This document shows positions 46,099 through 57,700 of a stretch of 64,000 nt of DNA, piece after piece. The notes beneath the pieces were generated by a model. It had not been told where the DNA came from. It saw only the letters and a list, made by a program, of their open reading frames with translations, and did no database searches. Positions within the stretch are counted from its first letter, which is position 1. Each line of letters starts with the position of its first letter. The position numbers were made by a program, and so were the translations under genes. This stretch comes from an uncultured Candidatus Saccharibacteria bacterium (GTDB taxonomy: Bacteria > Patescibacteriota > UBA1384 > CAYGGE01): contig CAYGGE010000001.1 of NCBI GenBank assembly GCA_964349485.1, forward strand, positions 4,665 through 68,664. Direction: 5' to 3'.

Positions 46099-49000
46099 AT
46101 GCATAAAGCTAGAACTATACATATGAAAACGACTAAACACGACTATTATTTATATGATTATCCCGCCGACCGATGCCGTACTGAGCGGTTCCTAAAGGAT
46201 CCTATTGAGTTGCCCGGCTATCGACCAGAATTTCTCGGTACGCCACAATCCAACGATCTTCACATCGACTCGCCGCGGTTTAAGGACATGAGCTTTAAGG
46301 ATCAGATGCGGGTAATCGCGGCAAACCCTGACTTTGATCTACCGAGCATTGAGCTTAAAGACCTTGAACGCTCCCCGTTATTGAATTTTGGTGAAGGATT
46401 TGAGAGCCGACAACCGTCATCCCGCGAAGAGTGGCTGAGGCAAGAAAGCGTAGTCATCCCGCCTGGAGTTGGACCAGAAGATATCGACTGGTCAACTGCT
46501 CCTGATGCAGGTTACCAATCACCTAAGTATGGCGCCGGTAAGGCCCCCGAAAGCGCGCCGATGAGCCAAGAGGAGATGCGCGTACTCCTTTGTCATGTCA
46601 TCCCTGCCGAGCTTATCCCCTTTGTCCTAGACAATATGGTTTTCGATTACAGTAGCGATAACGACCCTGATGCACCAGTCGCGACGGTACAAGTGAAATC
46701 GAGAGCTGGTAAAGACAAGATCCATCTCGTCTTTAATAAATCGGCCTTCATCACCCGTGGCGCTCCGCGAAGTCTTCAGGAAACAGCCTTCGAGAAAGCT
46801 AACGCGATTCCCTTTCACAAAGGCAAGGCTGATACAACGATTACTAGCTTTCAAGACCCTTCAAAGATCGCACTGATTGTCAGTCGAGTGTTGGGTATGA
46901 CCCTCCCTCCCCCAGAGAACTGGCAGGACAAAGTCCCACCCGGTTTTAAGTTACTCCAAGACGATACGAAACGGGAGGCGCAACGGCGTGGTGGGCGGGC
47001 GGTAATTGAAATTGAAGATGAAGTGGGTATGGAAAACGCAACCTTCGCCGAAGCTCGTCAGCGACAGTGGGAAGACTTTGTTTCCTTAGCAATAACCGCA
47101 CCGGCTTTAGCCAAACAGACGTCTGGACTGACCTATGCCTACTTCGAACAAGCCGCTAGTCAGATGCTCGATATTAACCTAAGTGACGAGGCAGTCGAAC
47201 GCTTAAAGCTGAAAGGTAAGATTGCGATCAAGAATTTCCAGATGGTTGATCTGCGCAGTCAAGCCGACAAGGATAGAGCCAAGGCCGATGCTGGGACGGC
47301 TGGACCCGGTGGTTATTGGTTCGATAAGATATTCACCGGTGCTAATAAGGCCTTAAAAAAACTAAACCTCTTCGGCTGGAAACTTCGGATCGTCTACGAA
47401 CTACCAGAAGACCCGGCTCGCATGGCAACATTGGGCGACGATGCGGCTGAAGTCAAGAAATACCTTGAAAACTATCGACAAGAAGACCGAGAGAAGATCT
47501 TCGGACGAGTCATGCGCCAGGCTCGTCAAGACAACCCAGAAGACCGAGCTAAAGCTAGACGATTAATTCTAGCGAGTTGTGAGAGTGAAGACTGGCACGA
47601 ATGGCGCGAGATTGCTTATCTATATATGTTCTCAAAAAAATTCCGAGACAGTAAAGGTATGATGATCGACAAGTCCGACTTCCTTGATCTTCGCATGTTC
47701 CATAACACCTCATCACAGCGGGGCAAACGTTTCGGCTCGGACATGATGCCCTACAGTGCTGTCATGGCGCCCGATCCTGACGATGTAACCGGCCGTCAGA
47801 TCTTCCAATTCAAGCGTAAGTCTAAAGAACAGTACTATGCCTCAGTCCGAGCAAAGCTTGAAGAGAAATCGGAACGTGAGGTCCAGGGCGTTGCGCGTTC
47901 AACCTTTGATACATACGAACTTAGTGAGGGCGGCCGAGTAAAACCAGAGGATCTCCACAAAATCTACAGCGCTACACCTGAGGGCATGGACACTACCTAT
48001 GGTCGACTGGATAAATTACTTGGTCCAGTTCTGGCTCGTACAATCGTCAATAATTTTCTTGAGCCTTTGGGAGTTGAGCGGATACCACCCGACTCAATTT
48101 ATAGTCTTGAACGGCTAAGACGCATTGCTCTTGATCCAAAGGGTAAGGGGCTTAACGGTGAGCACATGCCTGGTCCAGCTAAGACCCTGATTGGTCACTT
48201 TGGCGCCCGACTCGACCGCCCACCGACGAAAGAGATTGGTGCGTGGCTCGAAGGAACTCATCACCTGTCATCGTCTACCCCAGCGGATCAAGTGACTGCT
48301 CTCATTAACCAAGGTGAATCACTTAAAGGCCAGCTCCTAGCGCAGATCATCAGTGTAGCGTCCATGCCGGTTGGTGGCGTTGAAGGTGGACAGCCACTCC
48401 TCTCGCGGCCAATGCGAGATAAAATGATCAAGGGCCTGCGCTCAGGCTTCCATAATTATCGCGATATTTACCAATATGTCACCGCTAACCCGCCGGAATT
48501 TAAAGCACCGCCTGATACCCCACCAGACGTCCTCCTTACATTACGCGAGCGTTACGATGAGCGCTTGCGCCAAGAACGGTCGAACCTTCTCTTTGTCCTA
48601 CATAGTCTGGCACATGACGGAACCGGCGAAAACTCGCTCGCCCTTTACGGTGAGATCGCTGAGCGCCAACGGGCAATTCTTCCTGAATCATTGAATACGA
48701 TTAGCAATGCCGCGTCGACTGTTGCACCGGAGTTGGTCATTACGACCGATCCAGGCGAGCCTGACCAAACTAGACCCGAAAATGAGCTGGATAAGAACGC
48801 CCGAGAGGCTCAAAAGGCCCAGCGAGCCGCTGATCTAGCAGACCTCGCCAAGGCTGGCCTTATCGATAAAACGGAGATGACTACCCGACTGTCCGCCAAA
48901 CGAGCAGAGATCGAGGCTTTAGTGCGCAATGAAGTGTTGAACGATGAGTATGGTAAACCTAAAACACTCAACGACGAACAGAAAGCCCAGGCAGAGCTCA

Positions 49001-49443
49001 CCATCGCCGCCCAGGTCAAAGACCGAGCGAAGAATGAGTTGCCTAACGAGGAGGCACGCTATCTGGCTGAAGCTTTCTCGCAAGCTTCAATCGGCAATAA
49101 GGAGCTCTATATCGACGAACGAGTAGCCAACGCACTTTCTGGCAATAATTCGCTCGATGCTTATCTCAAAAAAGCCGGCGTCGATGATGATTACGAGGCA
49201 GTCTACCAAAATTGGGAGAGCGGTCCGGGTCGGATATTTCGACTACCAGCCTTTGCCAAAGTACGCCAAAAACTTATCCAGGCGGTTCATGACATGAACA
49301 GTACATTTAGCTTCAATAGTGGGCTAGCATCTTTAAGCCGGGTCACACAAGATCTCGATCGAACCCTCGCCTTTACCCGAGCTGAACGCACGCCAGTCAA
49401 AGTTGAAAAAAAGAAAGCTAAACCCGACGATGATAGTGATTAG
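46099..49443 (+). CDS. Giant hypothetical protein (1114 aa), predicted soluble, coiled-coil C-terminal third
   Basis: Uninterrupted 3.3-kb ORF with no TM, no Walker A and no known catalytic motif. Coiled-coil-like segment NELDKNAREAQKAQRAADLADLAKAGLIDKTEM... Confidence 0.8.
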   Translation: MHKARTIHMKTTKHDYYLYDYPADRCRTERFLKDPIELPGYRPEFLGTPQSNDLHIDSPRFKDMSFKDQMRVIAANPDFDLPSIELKDLERSPLLNFGEGFESRQPSSREEWLRQESVVIPPGVGPEDIDWSTAPDAGYQSPKYGAGKAPESAPMSQEEMRVLLCHVIPAELIPFVLDNMVFDYSSDNDPDAPVATVQVKSRAGKDKIHLVFNKSAFITRGAPRSLQETAFEKANAIPFHKGKADTTITSFQDPSKIALIVSRVLGMTLPPPENWQDKVPPGFKLLQDDTKREAQRRGGRAVIEIEDEVGMENATFAEARQRQWEDFVSLAITAPALAKQTSGLTYAYFEQAASQMLDINLSDEAVERLKLKGKIAIKNFQMVDLRSQADKDRAKADAGTAGPGGYWFDKIFTGANKALKKLNLFGWKLRIVYELPEDPARMATLGDDAAEVKKYLENYRQEDREKIFGRVMRQARQDNPEDRAKARRLILASCESEDWHEWREIAYLYMFSKKFRDSKGMMIDKSDFLDLRMFHNTSSQRGKRFGSDMMPYSAVMAPDPDDVTGRQIFQFKRKSKEQYYASVRAKLEEKSEREVQGVARSTFDTYELSEGGRVKPEDLHKIYSATPEGMDTTYGRLDKLLGPVLARTIVNNFLEPLGVERIPPDSIYSLERLRRIALDPKGKGLNGEHMPGPAKTLIGHFGARLDRPPTKEIGAWLEGTHHLSSSTPADQVTALINQGESLKGQLLAQIISVASMPVGGVEGGQPLLSRPMRDKMIKGLRSGFHNYRDIYQYVTANPPEFKAPPDTPPDVLLTLRERYDERLRQERSNLLFVLHSLAHDGTGENSLALYGEIAERQRAILPESLNTISNAASTVAPELVITTDPGEPDQTRPENELDKNAREAQKAQRAADLADLAKAGLIDKTEMTTRLSAKRAEIEALVRNEVLNDEYGKPKTLNDEQKAQAELTIAAQVKDRAKNELPNEEARYLAEAFSQASIGNKELYIDERVANALSGNNSLDAYLKKAGVDDDYEAVYQNWESGPGRIFRLPAFAKVRQKLIQAVHDMNSTFSFNSGLASLSRVTQDLDRTLAFTRAERTPVKVEKKKAKPDDDSD

Positions 49444-49477
49444 CGAGCTACAGGTACCTTGATTGCCTGCCTGACTT

Positions 49478-49506
49478 TTGCTAAAATTCTCTGATATCCG
49501 TATAAT
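49478..49506 (+). promoter_or_regulatory. Internal promoter within the cluster (TTGCTA-N17-TATAAT)
   Basis: TATAAT at 49501-49506 and TTGCTA at 49478-49483, in the 81-nt gap before the 49525 ORF. AAGGAG RBS follows. Confidence 0.5.
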
Positions 49507-49524
49507 AACTGTAAGGAGCGGCGC

Positions 49525-52500
49525 ATGCTCGGACAACGGAATATGGAGGAACCCGGATTTCAACTTCTGCCTAAAGCAGAAGATATTTCGGGTAAAGAAG
49601 TCCATTTAGAAGGCACCCCCGGACGCCTAGCCAACTCCGACATCATGCTCGACGAACTCAGTGATCAGGTTGAGGTTGGTCTCAAAAAACGATTTGTCAC
49701 TAACCGACGACGCGAACTTGAAAATGGTGAGGCTAAGTGGCTCACTCGATTTGAAGCTGAGTTTCAGGGAGACGCCCCACACATTTACCGTGACATGGTC
49801 CTCGATAGGGATGAGGCGAGTTGGGATGCAGATTTGAGACTTGCCAAATCTTCGCTACAAGAGCTACTTGAGGAATTAAATAAAGCCAAAGCGACTACTT
49901 TTAAAACACTCGGTGAGCAGATTGGGATCATGACTCGCCAATTCCAAGTTAGTGAGGAGACCGATAGAACAATACGCGCGCTTATACTACAAGCAACAGA
50001 AGATAAAGATGCATTTGATACCGCTCGTAATGAAGCAATTAGAGTTATCAAAGGGATTCTAGACGAGCAGACCGCAATAAAGCTTGAACTAACTCAAGCC
50101 ATGACTACAAGTTGGGATAGTACAAGTAACGCAACTAAAGCATTTATTAAGCGTCGTTGGTTTGCCAAGCGTTGGGCTGAGGAATTAGGAACGATAGAAC
50201 GCGAGGCTGAACTTGATGTGTTGAAACGAAGGTACAACGCGCCGTACGAAGTCCACACTGGACATGAACGAAAAGTCTACGAAGCGATACTCGAGTGGCG
50301 TAAATTGAAAGCTAAGATGAACGCCGGCGGTTTAGACCAGACTCGACGAGCAGAAATTGGTCGAGCGATGAAAGAACAGGCGGCTGTTGTTCAAGAACAT
50401 ACCTCAACTCTTACTGGTACATTCGATAGTCGATTTGAACAAGACGCCGACGGTATCTCACAAGCTAAAGGCGCCGCCTGGGCGGAGATCCATGACCTCA
50501 TCGACAAAAATCGCACGACGACTGGTGACGTGAAAAAAACCTTCCTCGAGATCAACGCTAACTACGACCGGGGTAGTATCGAGACCGCCAACGAAAAAGC
50601 GATGGCCTTCTTCCAGTTTGGCATCGCCAAAAATGCTCTGAAGCAATTTGGTCGCTATAACATAACTCAGTACCTTCGTGACTTCCCCTACCAGACTATG
50701 GAAGAAGACCCTGAGCTTGACGATAAGAGGCGACCAGCTATGGTCGCTGAAAAACGAGATGCTGCCGATGCAGCACACCAAGAAGCAACAAAATTGCGAG
50801 AAATACACAAGGAGCTTAATGATAAGCAGACAGAGACTCAATTACTCTATGAAGATATGGCTGCTGCAGTCAATGAACTAAAAACTCAATATAATATCAA
50901 TCGAGCAAATGCACCGCTTGTGCGTAACCCAGCAGGTGGTGCAGATATCCCTGATCCAGTAGCGCTTAGAGAGTACCGTGAACAATTTCAAACAAGACTT
51001 GCTCACCTTGTTCTTCAGCGCGACAGGATGCAAAAGGCACTCGCTGAAGCACGTAATGAAACAAAAGCAGCCGACCAAAGAGCATTGGCGGCAGAACGCG
51101 ATCACACAGAAAAGCAGGCCGCCTACTCGGCAATCAACACTTTACACTCTACTCCGACCGACCTAGCCACACGCCGTGCCACTGCCGCTCGAACCATCCG
51201 CACCGATAGTGGTGCGTATGCTCGAGAGCGTTTGCGTGACCTTCGCACCAAACTCCAGCAGTTTGTCGGCCAAGACAATCTACGCAAAGACTTTTACAGC
51301 ATCTTCAATGACCGTGAGATACTCGTCATTGCCAAGATCTGCGGCGAGATACCAACTCAAAAACATGAACGCACCGGTCGAAGGATATTTGCGCCACGTG
51401 TCGTCGAGACTTGTGGGGGGGCTGATGCCGACTATTGGTTCATTAACCCTTATGCCATCCCCGAGTGGACAGGCAAGGTTTCGAACGATGTCGTGCGTGA
51501 GCTGTTCGACAACGCAGGCAGGTATCCAGAAGTCCAACAAATGGTTAATGACCTGAAGACCCATAATAAGATAGTAATTGTCGCTGGTTTCCCAGTCAAT
51601 TTCGATCTTGATGGGGGCATGAACGAACAACAGCTCGCCCAAACTGGCCAAGAGCTCGATCTCTCCGATAGCAAATTTAAAGCTATGAAGGCCGCCTACG
51701 GCTTCGCTAACGATTCTGACTTCTTTGCCCGATGGCTTGACGATCTTGAGTTGCAAGAGAAGCTAGGAATGCGCCCCGAGGAGATGGAAGATCGCTACGC
51801 TACCTGGATGGCCAAGCGACACTTACTGCGCAATCAACACTTTGCCGCTGGCGAGGGTTGGACCTATGTCGACACGGCTGTCGCTTCTAGCGCTCGTAGA
51901 TTTGTCGATACCGCCAAGCGACTACGCGACGGTGGCTATGAACTAACTGGAGTAGATTTCCGTCGCTCACCCTACTACAACCGTTTAATACGGGATAATG
52001 AGTATGCTGTCACGGTTACCGAAAACACGGGTCAGCGAAAAGTCAGTTTCCGTAACCAGGAACTGACAGAAAAAAATGAGGCTCCTCAGACCGTCGCCAA
52101 ACGGTTGTACGATTCATATCGCGGAACACTCAATCTTTACTATCAGCGAACCCAGATCGGTGGCCAATCAACCGCTTTCGATGCTGACGCGCCGATCGAC
52201 GATCTCGGTAACTTTGTCCAGGCCAACATGGCTCTTATCCAGAAGAAGATGCAGATCTTGAAATCAATCTACGAATATCCAACCATGAGTGCTGAAGAGA
52301 AGATTAGCAATATGATCCGCTTCCGCAGTGGTGATCCAATATTCGCTCCAAGCATCGGCCTAGTTACTCCTGGCGCACCGCCGCCGGTCGGGGTTCCCCT
52401 ATTTACAGATGCCAACGGCAATCCAGACCCTGGTATGATCTATCTCACCTATGACATCGTTACCGCCGCCGGTGATCCCAACCTTCAGGCAACGAATCCT

Positions 52501-53619
52501 GAGCTTTGGGCTGAACTAGACGCCACAGTCAACTGGCAGAAAAAACTCAATACTGATTATCGCGATGCGGAGCAACGACTGGTTAATACGCTAAGTAATC
52601 GTTCTGCGACCGCCATTGAGATTGACACGGCTGAAGCCTTTTACGATACACAACTTCAATTAATGCGTAACTATAAGGTTCGTTCTCACCTCCTTGGCAT
52701 GCAAGCCGCTGGCCGATTTTCCGAGATGGATAGTAGCGGTATCGCCGAATACATGGCCGATATGCACTCCGATGTGGCCATGACCGCGGTCATCCGCCGT
52801 CAAGAGCTTGAGATGGCGGCACGAAACCGCCTAGATACTGATCATCCTCGAATTCTTCAGCCATTACGTCAGTTGGCCGTCGGTTTAGTCGGTAAGTTAG
52901 CTCGTAATAGAGTAGCTGACTTTGCCCGAGGTGTCGGCAATGCAATCGGTGTTGGAGATAAATTCTTACGAGAACTCGATGAGCGCCAAGTTACTCATCT
53001 AATTGAGAATAAAGTCGACGACGAGGTCTTCCGCCGAGTGGCTGCCCACGTTGCGCTCAATCTTAAGACTGGCTACAGCAACAACTTTTGGCATGTCCGT
53101 CCCGGCAATGCTAAGAGTGATGTCTATCCGCGAACTAGTGATGTTCGTGATTTGCTGGGCCTACGTAGTAACCAAGCGATTACTGGCGGCGTTGAGATGA
53201 CCCAAACCGGTCAACGATTGCTTAAGGGTCTTATGAAGACGCGACTGAAGGACGATGTCAACGAGGCGGTTGAACGAACAATCCGACTCAACATGAGTCA
53301 ATTCGTTCGAGCCGGCAAAAAAGGCGGTTGGAATGTCGATGAAGTTATCCATACTTATCTCAATGCTAAGATGAAAGATACCCAACGAGCTGTCTTCCGT
53401 AGCGGACGTTGGGAGACTAATATGTATGCCACCACCGGCACACCTATTGCCATGGCAGACCGTTGGCTGATGCAGCTGATTCGCGAGCGAACCAACCGAG
53501 GCACTGGCAGGGGCTGGTTCCAGGGTTTGATGCCTAGTGTAGCAGCAAATGATACTCGACCAGGACCGATTAATGAAAATCGCACAACAGTAACCACTGA
53601 CTACATCAATCGACCGTAA
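49525..53619 (+). CDS. Giant hypothetical protein (1364 aa), predicted soluble, N-terminal coiled-coil region
   Basis: 4.1-kb ORF; no TM segment or NTPase motif; helical heptad-like N-terminal 500 aa. Confidence 0.8.
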   Translation: MLGQRNMEEPGFQLLPKAEDISGKEVHLEGTPGRLANSDIMLDELSDQVEVGLKKRFVTNRRRELENGEAKWLTRFEAEFQGDAPHIYRDMVLDRDEASWDADLRLAKSSLQELLEELNKAKATTFKTLGEQIGIMTRQFQVSEETDRTIRALILQATEDKDAFDTARNEAIRVIKGILDEQTAIKLELTQAMTTSWDSTSNATKAFIKRRWFAKRWAEELGTIEREAELDVLKRRYNAPYEVHTGHERKVYEAILEWRKLKAKMNAGGLDQTRRAEIGRAMKEQAAVVQEHTSTLTGTFDSRFEQDADGISQAKGAAWAEIHDLIDKNRTTTGDVKKTFLEINANYDRGSIETANEKAMAFFQFGIAKNALKQFGRYNITQYLRDFPYQTMEEDPELDDKRRPAMVAEKRDAADAAHQEATKLREIHKELNDKQTETQLLYEDMAAAVNELKTQYNINRANAPLVRNPAGGADIPDPVALREYREQFQTRLAHLVLQRDRMQKALAEARNETKAADQRALAAERDHTEKQAAYSAINTLHSTPTDLATRRATAARTIRTDSGAYARERLRDLRTKLQQFVGQDNLRKDFYSIFNDREILVIAKICGEIPTQKHERTGRRIFAPRVVETCGGADADYWFINPYAIPEWTGKVSNDVVRELFDNAGRYPEVQQMVNDLKTHNKIVIVAGFPVNFDLDGGMNEQQLAQTGQELDLSDSKFKAMKAAYGFANDSDFFARWLDDLELQEKLGMRPEEMEDRYATWMAKRHLLRNQHFAAGEGWTYVDTAVASSARRFVDTAKRLRDGGYELTGVDFRRSPYYNRLIRDNEYAVTVTENTGQRKVSFRNQELTEKNEAPQTVAKRLYDSYRGTLNLYYQRTQIGGQSTAFDADAPIDDLGNFVQANMALIQKKMQILKSIYEYPTMSAEEKISNMIRFRSGDPIFAPSIGLVTPGAPPPVGVPLFTDANGNPDPGMIYLTYDIVTAAGDPNLQATNPELWAELDATVNWQKKLNTDYRDAEQRLVNTLSNRSATAIEIDTAEAFYDTQLQLMRNYKVRSHLLGMQAAGRFSEMDSSGIAEYMADMHSDVAMTAVIRRQELEMAARNRLDTDHPRILQPLRQLAVGLVGKLARNRVADFARGVGNAIGVGDKFLRELDERQVTHLIENKVDDEVFRRVAAHVALNLKTGYSNNFWHVRPGNAKSDVYPRTSDVRDLLGLRSNQAITGGVEMTQTGQRLLKGLMKTRLKDDVNEAVERTIRLNMSQFVRAGKKGGWNVDEVIHTYLNAKMKDTQRAVFRSGRWETNMYATTGTPIAMADRWLMQLIRERTNRGTGRGWFQGLMPSVAANDTRPGPINENRTTVTTDYINRP

Positions 53620-53630
53620 GGAGGGAAGCC

Positions 53631-54449
53631 ATGCCTAAACCACTGACCCAATCGCTATTCAAACCAACCGATTTTGATCTGTTTCTCGATTCGATTGGCC
53701 TCTCCAAACAATCGAAGGAAGCTCGGATCAGCTTGATCGATCGCATGCAACAGGCGGTTGAATATCAGATTGTGACTCAAATCTTTAGCCGGCTCACTGG
53801 GGATGAGAAATTAAATCTCATTGATCTCATGAAAGAAGCTGACGAAACTGAAAACGAAAAACCAGTCAATGATTTTCTGCTGGAAAAGATCCCCGATATC
53901 GAGATGCTAGTCGATGAAGCGATCGATAAAGTTAAGAATGATCTCCGGATCGGTACCGCCGGCATGGCAGCCGCCATGGCCGAAGATATGGCCGTGCTCT
54001 CGAATCCAAAGGGGCTTGATTCGGGCGGATCGGCAGACGACTCATCCATCGTGGATCCTACAGCAGACACCATGAACGAGTCACCATCAAAGATCGAGCC
54101 AGTCTCCCATGCCGTAGCTTCCGAGCCAGAGACCGAAACGTCGTTCAGTCATACTGATCTACCATTTCCATGGGAAGCACCAGCCGGGGCCGCTGAAAAC
54201 CTTATGGCCCAACCAACTACGCCGACCGACGGTACAGACCGTAGCCGCCAGACAATTGACGCCTTTCCTTGGGAGGCCGACGTTAAGAACCATTCTGAGC
54301 CCGGGGCTGCTGCGCTCGGCGAGACTATTTCGAAAGCTGTGTTTCCGGCGGTTGACGAGCCAACTGTCAATCCAGCACAGGCGACGAGTAACCCGATTGA
54401 CGACGAACTGCGCGACTTGAACCAACCAACCCAAGTAAATAACCCCTAA
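53631..54449 (+). CDS. Acidic hypothetical protein (272 aa)
   Basis: AAGGAGGG RBS 11 nt after the upstream stop; D/E-rich, P-rich C-terminus. Confidence 0.6.
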   Translation: MPKPLTQSLFKPTDFDLFLDSIGLSKQSKEARISLIDRMQQAVEYQIVTQIFSRLTGDEKLNLIDLMKEADETENEKPVNDFLLEKIPDIEMLVDEAIDKVKNDLRIGTAGMAAAMAEDMAVLSNPKGLDSGGSADDSSIVDPTADTMNESPSKIEPVSHAVASEPETETSFSHTDLPFPWEAPAGAAENLMAQPTTPTDGTDRSRQTIDAFPWEADVKNHSEPGAAALGETISKAVFPAVDEPTVNPAQATSNPIDDELRDLNQPTQVNNP

Positions 54450-54451
54450 CC

Positions 54452-54796
54452 TTGGGCACACGAACCATGATCAAGCTTGACCCGATAAGCGAGAGCATCT
54501 GTCGTCGGCTTCGGCTATTCCAAGGCCTTCGACCGCTAGCTGAAGATACTGATCTAATGCACACCTTCCAAAAGGTTTTTGCGCAAGAACTTTTAACGTT
54601 CGTTGAGAGCCGGTTTGATATTGAACAGAAAACGCAACTAACACGATATCTCGAAAGCGGTCAACAACCAGACGCGACGGCCCTACTCAGTTTTGCGAAT
54701 CAGATTTTTCACGCCAATCCACAGACAGAGACGCAGTTCGAGCAACGTATCACCGCTCTTCTAGACGATTTCGTCAGTAAGGCGACCCATGCGTAG
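54452..54796 (+). CDS. Hypothetical protein (114 aa), overlaps the next gene by 8 nt
   Basis: Starts 2 nt after the upstream stop; its stop overlaps the ATG of the 54789 ORF. Confidence 0.5.
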   Translation: MGTRTMIKLDPISESICRRLRLFQGLRPLAEDTDLMHTFQKVFAQELLTFVESRFDIEQKTQLTRYLESGQQPDATALLSFANQIFHANPQTETQFEQRITALLDDFVSKATHA

Positions 54797-57700
54797 CCCA
54801 GAGCTAACCACTACGAGTAAGGGTAGCCTACACATGCCGCCCGATATTTTGGTTGGCTATTCTCTGACGCCGCCAGTATCAAAAGAATCCGATAAGACTG
54901 TATCAAGCCAACAATATGCTCGTTGGGCACCTGACATTTTGGTTGGCTATTCTCTGACGCCGCCTGTACCCAAGGAAGCTATCAGCCCTGGCATCCTGAA
55001 AGACCTTGAAGACAGTCAACGAGAGTTGCGCGAAGTGGCACAACAGAGCAGATCCGAGATCCGCGTACTTCAAAGTCTGCTCACCGAGGCAGCGGCTAAA
55101 GAGAAGCAGTTAGTCAGCGAACTGGACATACAGAAAGCCGCTCGAAGCGTAGCAGAGGCAAAGGCGAGAGAAAAAGAGACAGCCGCTGCAGCCCAACAGG
55201 CAGAGTTACGATTGAGACAGGATGCGCTCGAGGATGTAAAGCACGAATACCAATCACTCCAGGACCAACTTAAGTTGGTAGCCGAACGAGCTACAACTAT
55301 TCAAAATGAGTTAAACGCTGCGACAGCTCAGATCAAAAAACTAGAGGGAGCGGTTGCTAAGGCGGATCAAACCACAAAACTAAGTGAGGAGGCCTATCAA
55401 CGATTAGCTGAGACGATCAATCATGATGACGTAGATGCCCAAGCGGCCCAAGACGTGACAGTCGCTCGTTTGGCTGAACTCCGCAGACAGCTTACTGAAC
55501 TTCAAAAAGAAAATACTGATCTCAGTCGAGATATAGCATCGAAGACTAGTCAAATTGAGGAGCACGGGCATGCGGTAGCGGTCTCACAAGCACTGACTCT
55601 AAGTCTGATCGCGGAACGTGACCAAGCCCAAGGTTTGTTGCGACAAGCCAATGAGGCCTTCACGGTAACAGTGAAGAGTCATGAAGAGCTAATGGCTAAC
55701 CTCTTGGAGCAGTTTAACTCTACGTACAATGTGCACCAGACAGCCATCGCAACGGCGAGACAAGAAGTGGTCACAGCAATCCAAGCGAAAGATGAAGCCG
55801 AAACAGCCGCCCTCGAAGCGATGAGTAAACTTGAGGAGGCTACTACCAAGTCTGCAGCTGATTCAACGACTATCTCCCAGCTTAATCGTAGGCTCCATGA
55901 GCTAACTGAACGGACTGCGGCCGCTCAAGCCACCGCTGATCAGGCAACAACCAGAGTTAACGAACTCGAGGAGCAGAATCGACAGCTTACCGGCGAGCTA
56001 CAACGCTTCCGCGACGACCCATCAGTCGCCCGGCTTGAACAGGAAAAGATCGAACTGGCAGAGAGCTTGGCTGACAAAGAACGTGAGCTGGTCACTAGGA
56101 CTGAAGAACTCACCACAACGAGCGGTGAGTTTGCGCTACGAATCCGCACTTACGAACTTGAAATCAGTCGCCTCCATACTACTATTGAAGAAATAGTCGC
56201 ACACCACGAAAGCACTGTCGTCGAACTGCGTACAGAGCTGGCACGCGTCTCCGTACCAACAACTCAGACTGACAAAACCAGCGAGGCCGGATCGACACCC
56301 TTAGCGATCAACGAGGCCACACCACGTATTACTGAGCTTCAAGCCGAAATACGCACCCTGGAAGAACAGATTAGTCTCCAACAAGCCACTAATCAATCCT
56401 TAATTGACCAGATGACCGCCGATTCGGCCACTGCTGCGGCTGAGATAGAACGAGCCAGACAGGAATCGACTACCACCAGCCAAGAGCTTACCAGAAGACT
56501 CGACGAAGCAACAGCACAGGTGGCAGATCAAACCAGACAACTTCAGGAGATGACGGAAAGTAGTGCGATCGATATGAAGTCTGTACAGGAATCTCTGACA
56601 CAGACTGGCCTACAACTGGCCGCCGCTACCCAACAAGCGACTGAGGCAATACTACAAACTACTCAATTGACTACAGAGCTTGAGGCTGCTAAACAACAGA
56701 TTACCGAAGCGAAGGCCGAGGCAGAGCGACTGGCTACCCTCCGTGCCGAGGACGCACAACGATGGCAAGCGGAGCGTGATCGTCTGCGCCAACCTGGGTT
56801 ACTCCAACAGCTCCTCGATCGACTAATTCGACCAACACCCCCACCCCCGCCAGTCGCTCCTGGTCCTGTAGCCCCTAAGCCGGTCACTCCAGCAACCATG
56901 TCAGAAGAAGCTGAGCGAAAAAAGGTCAGTCGTCGAAGGCTATTACAGCTTGGCGGAGGCATCGCCACAACGATCACTGCGGCAGTTGTGCTTGAGAAAG
57001 TAATTAGTCCTCCAGTTAGTCAAAAAACTACGGAGACCCGCAGGGCCTTTATCGAGTCCCCTTCCCTAGCTACTCTCTATGCTGATATCAAAGAACCAGT
57101 CACAGAACAGCTGTTCATCGAACGCGGTAGTCTCATCGAAGATAAGGAAATTATCCATACGGGCTCGATTGTTCATACCGGCGACCTCCTAGATCGCTGG
57201 ACCTATTTAGCTCGTGAGCTCGCCGAAACTCAGGAAGATCACTTGAATGCAGCAACGCTGATTAAATATCGCAATACCATCCTCCTTTGTCGAAGCGCGA
57301 AAGATCTTTACCCTCAGGCAGTTAAATTTCAATTTATCGAGAAAGATGGCAAACTAACTATCATCCCGCTCGACTGGAAGGAGAAAGTAGCCGTTCGCCG
57401 AGAGATTAAGTCAGACCTAGTAATTGCCGGCGGTGAGATCGAAGCGATCGTGGCGGCGATGCATGCCGTCAAGAAAGGTATGCGACCAACTTTGATCTAT
57501 CAAACAGGCAAGTTAGGCGGTCTCAATTCGGATACTGGCGCCAATATGGCTTACTTTGATGCCGTGAATAACGGTACGGTCAAACCACCAGAGGAGATGG
57601 TTGAACTATTTCAAATTGGACTTGGCATGCCAGCAGGTAGCCTCATCTCTCTAAACAATGAAGGCCTAGATCAAAAACTACACCGGTTTTTGAAAACCCA

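Noticed and set aside
54842-54959. Two 33-nt near-identical direct repeats separated by a unique spacer looked superficially CRISPR-like
   Set aside because: Only two copies, embedded in-frame at the N-terminus of a long ORF and encoding the same peptide twice; no leader and no cas genes. It is a coding duplication, not an array.
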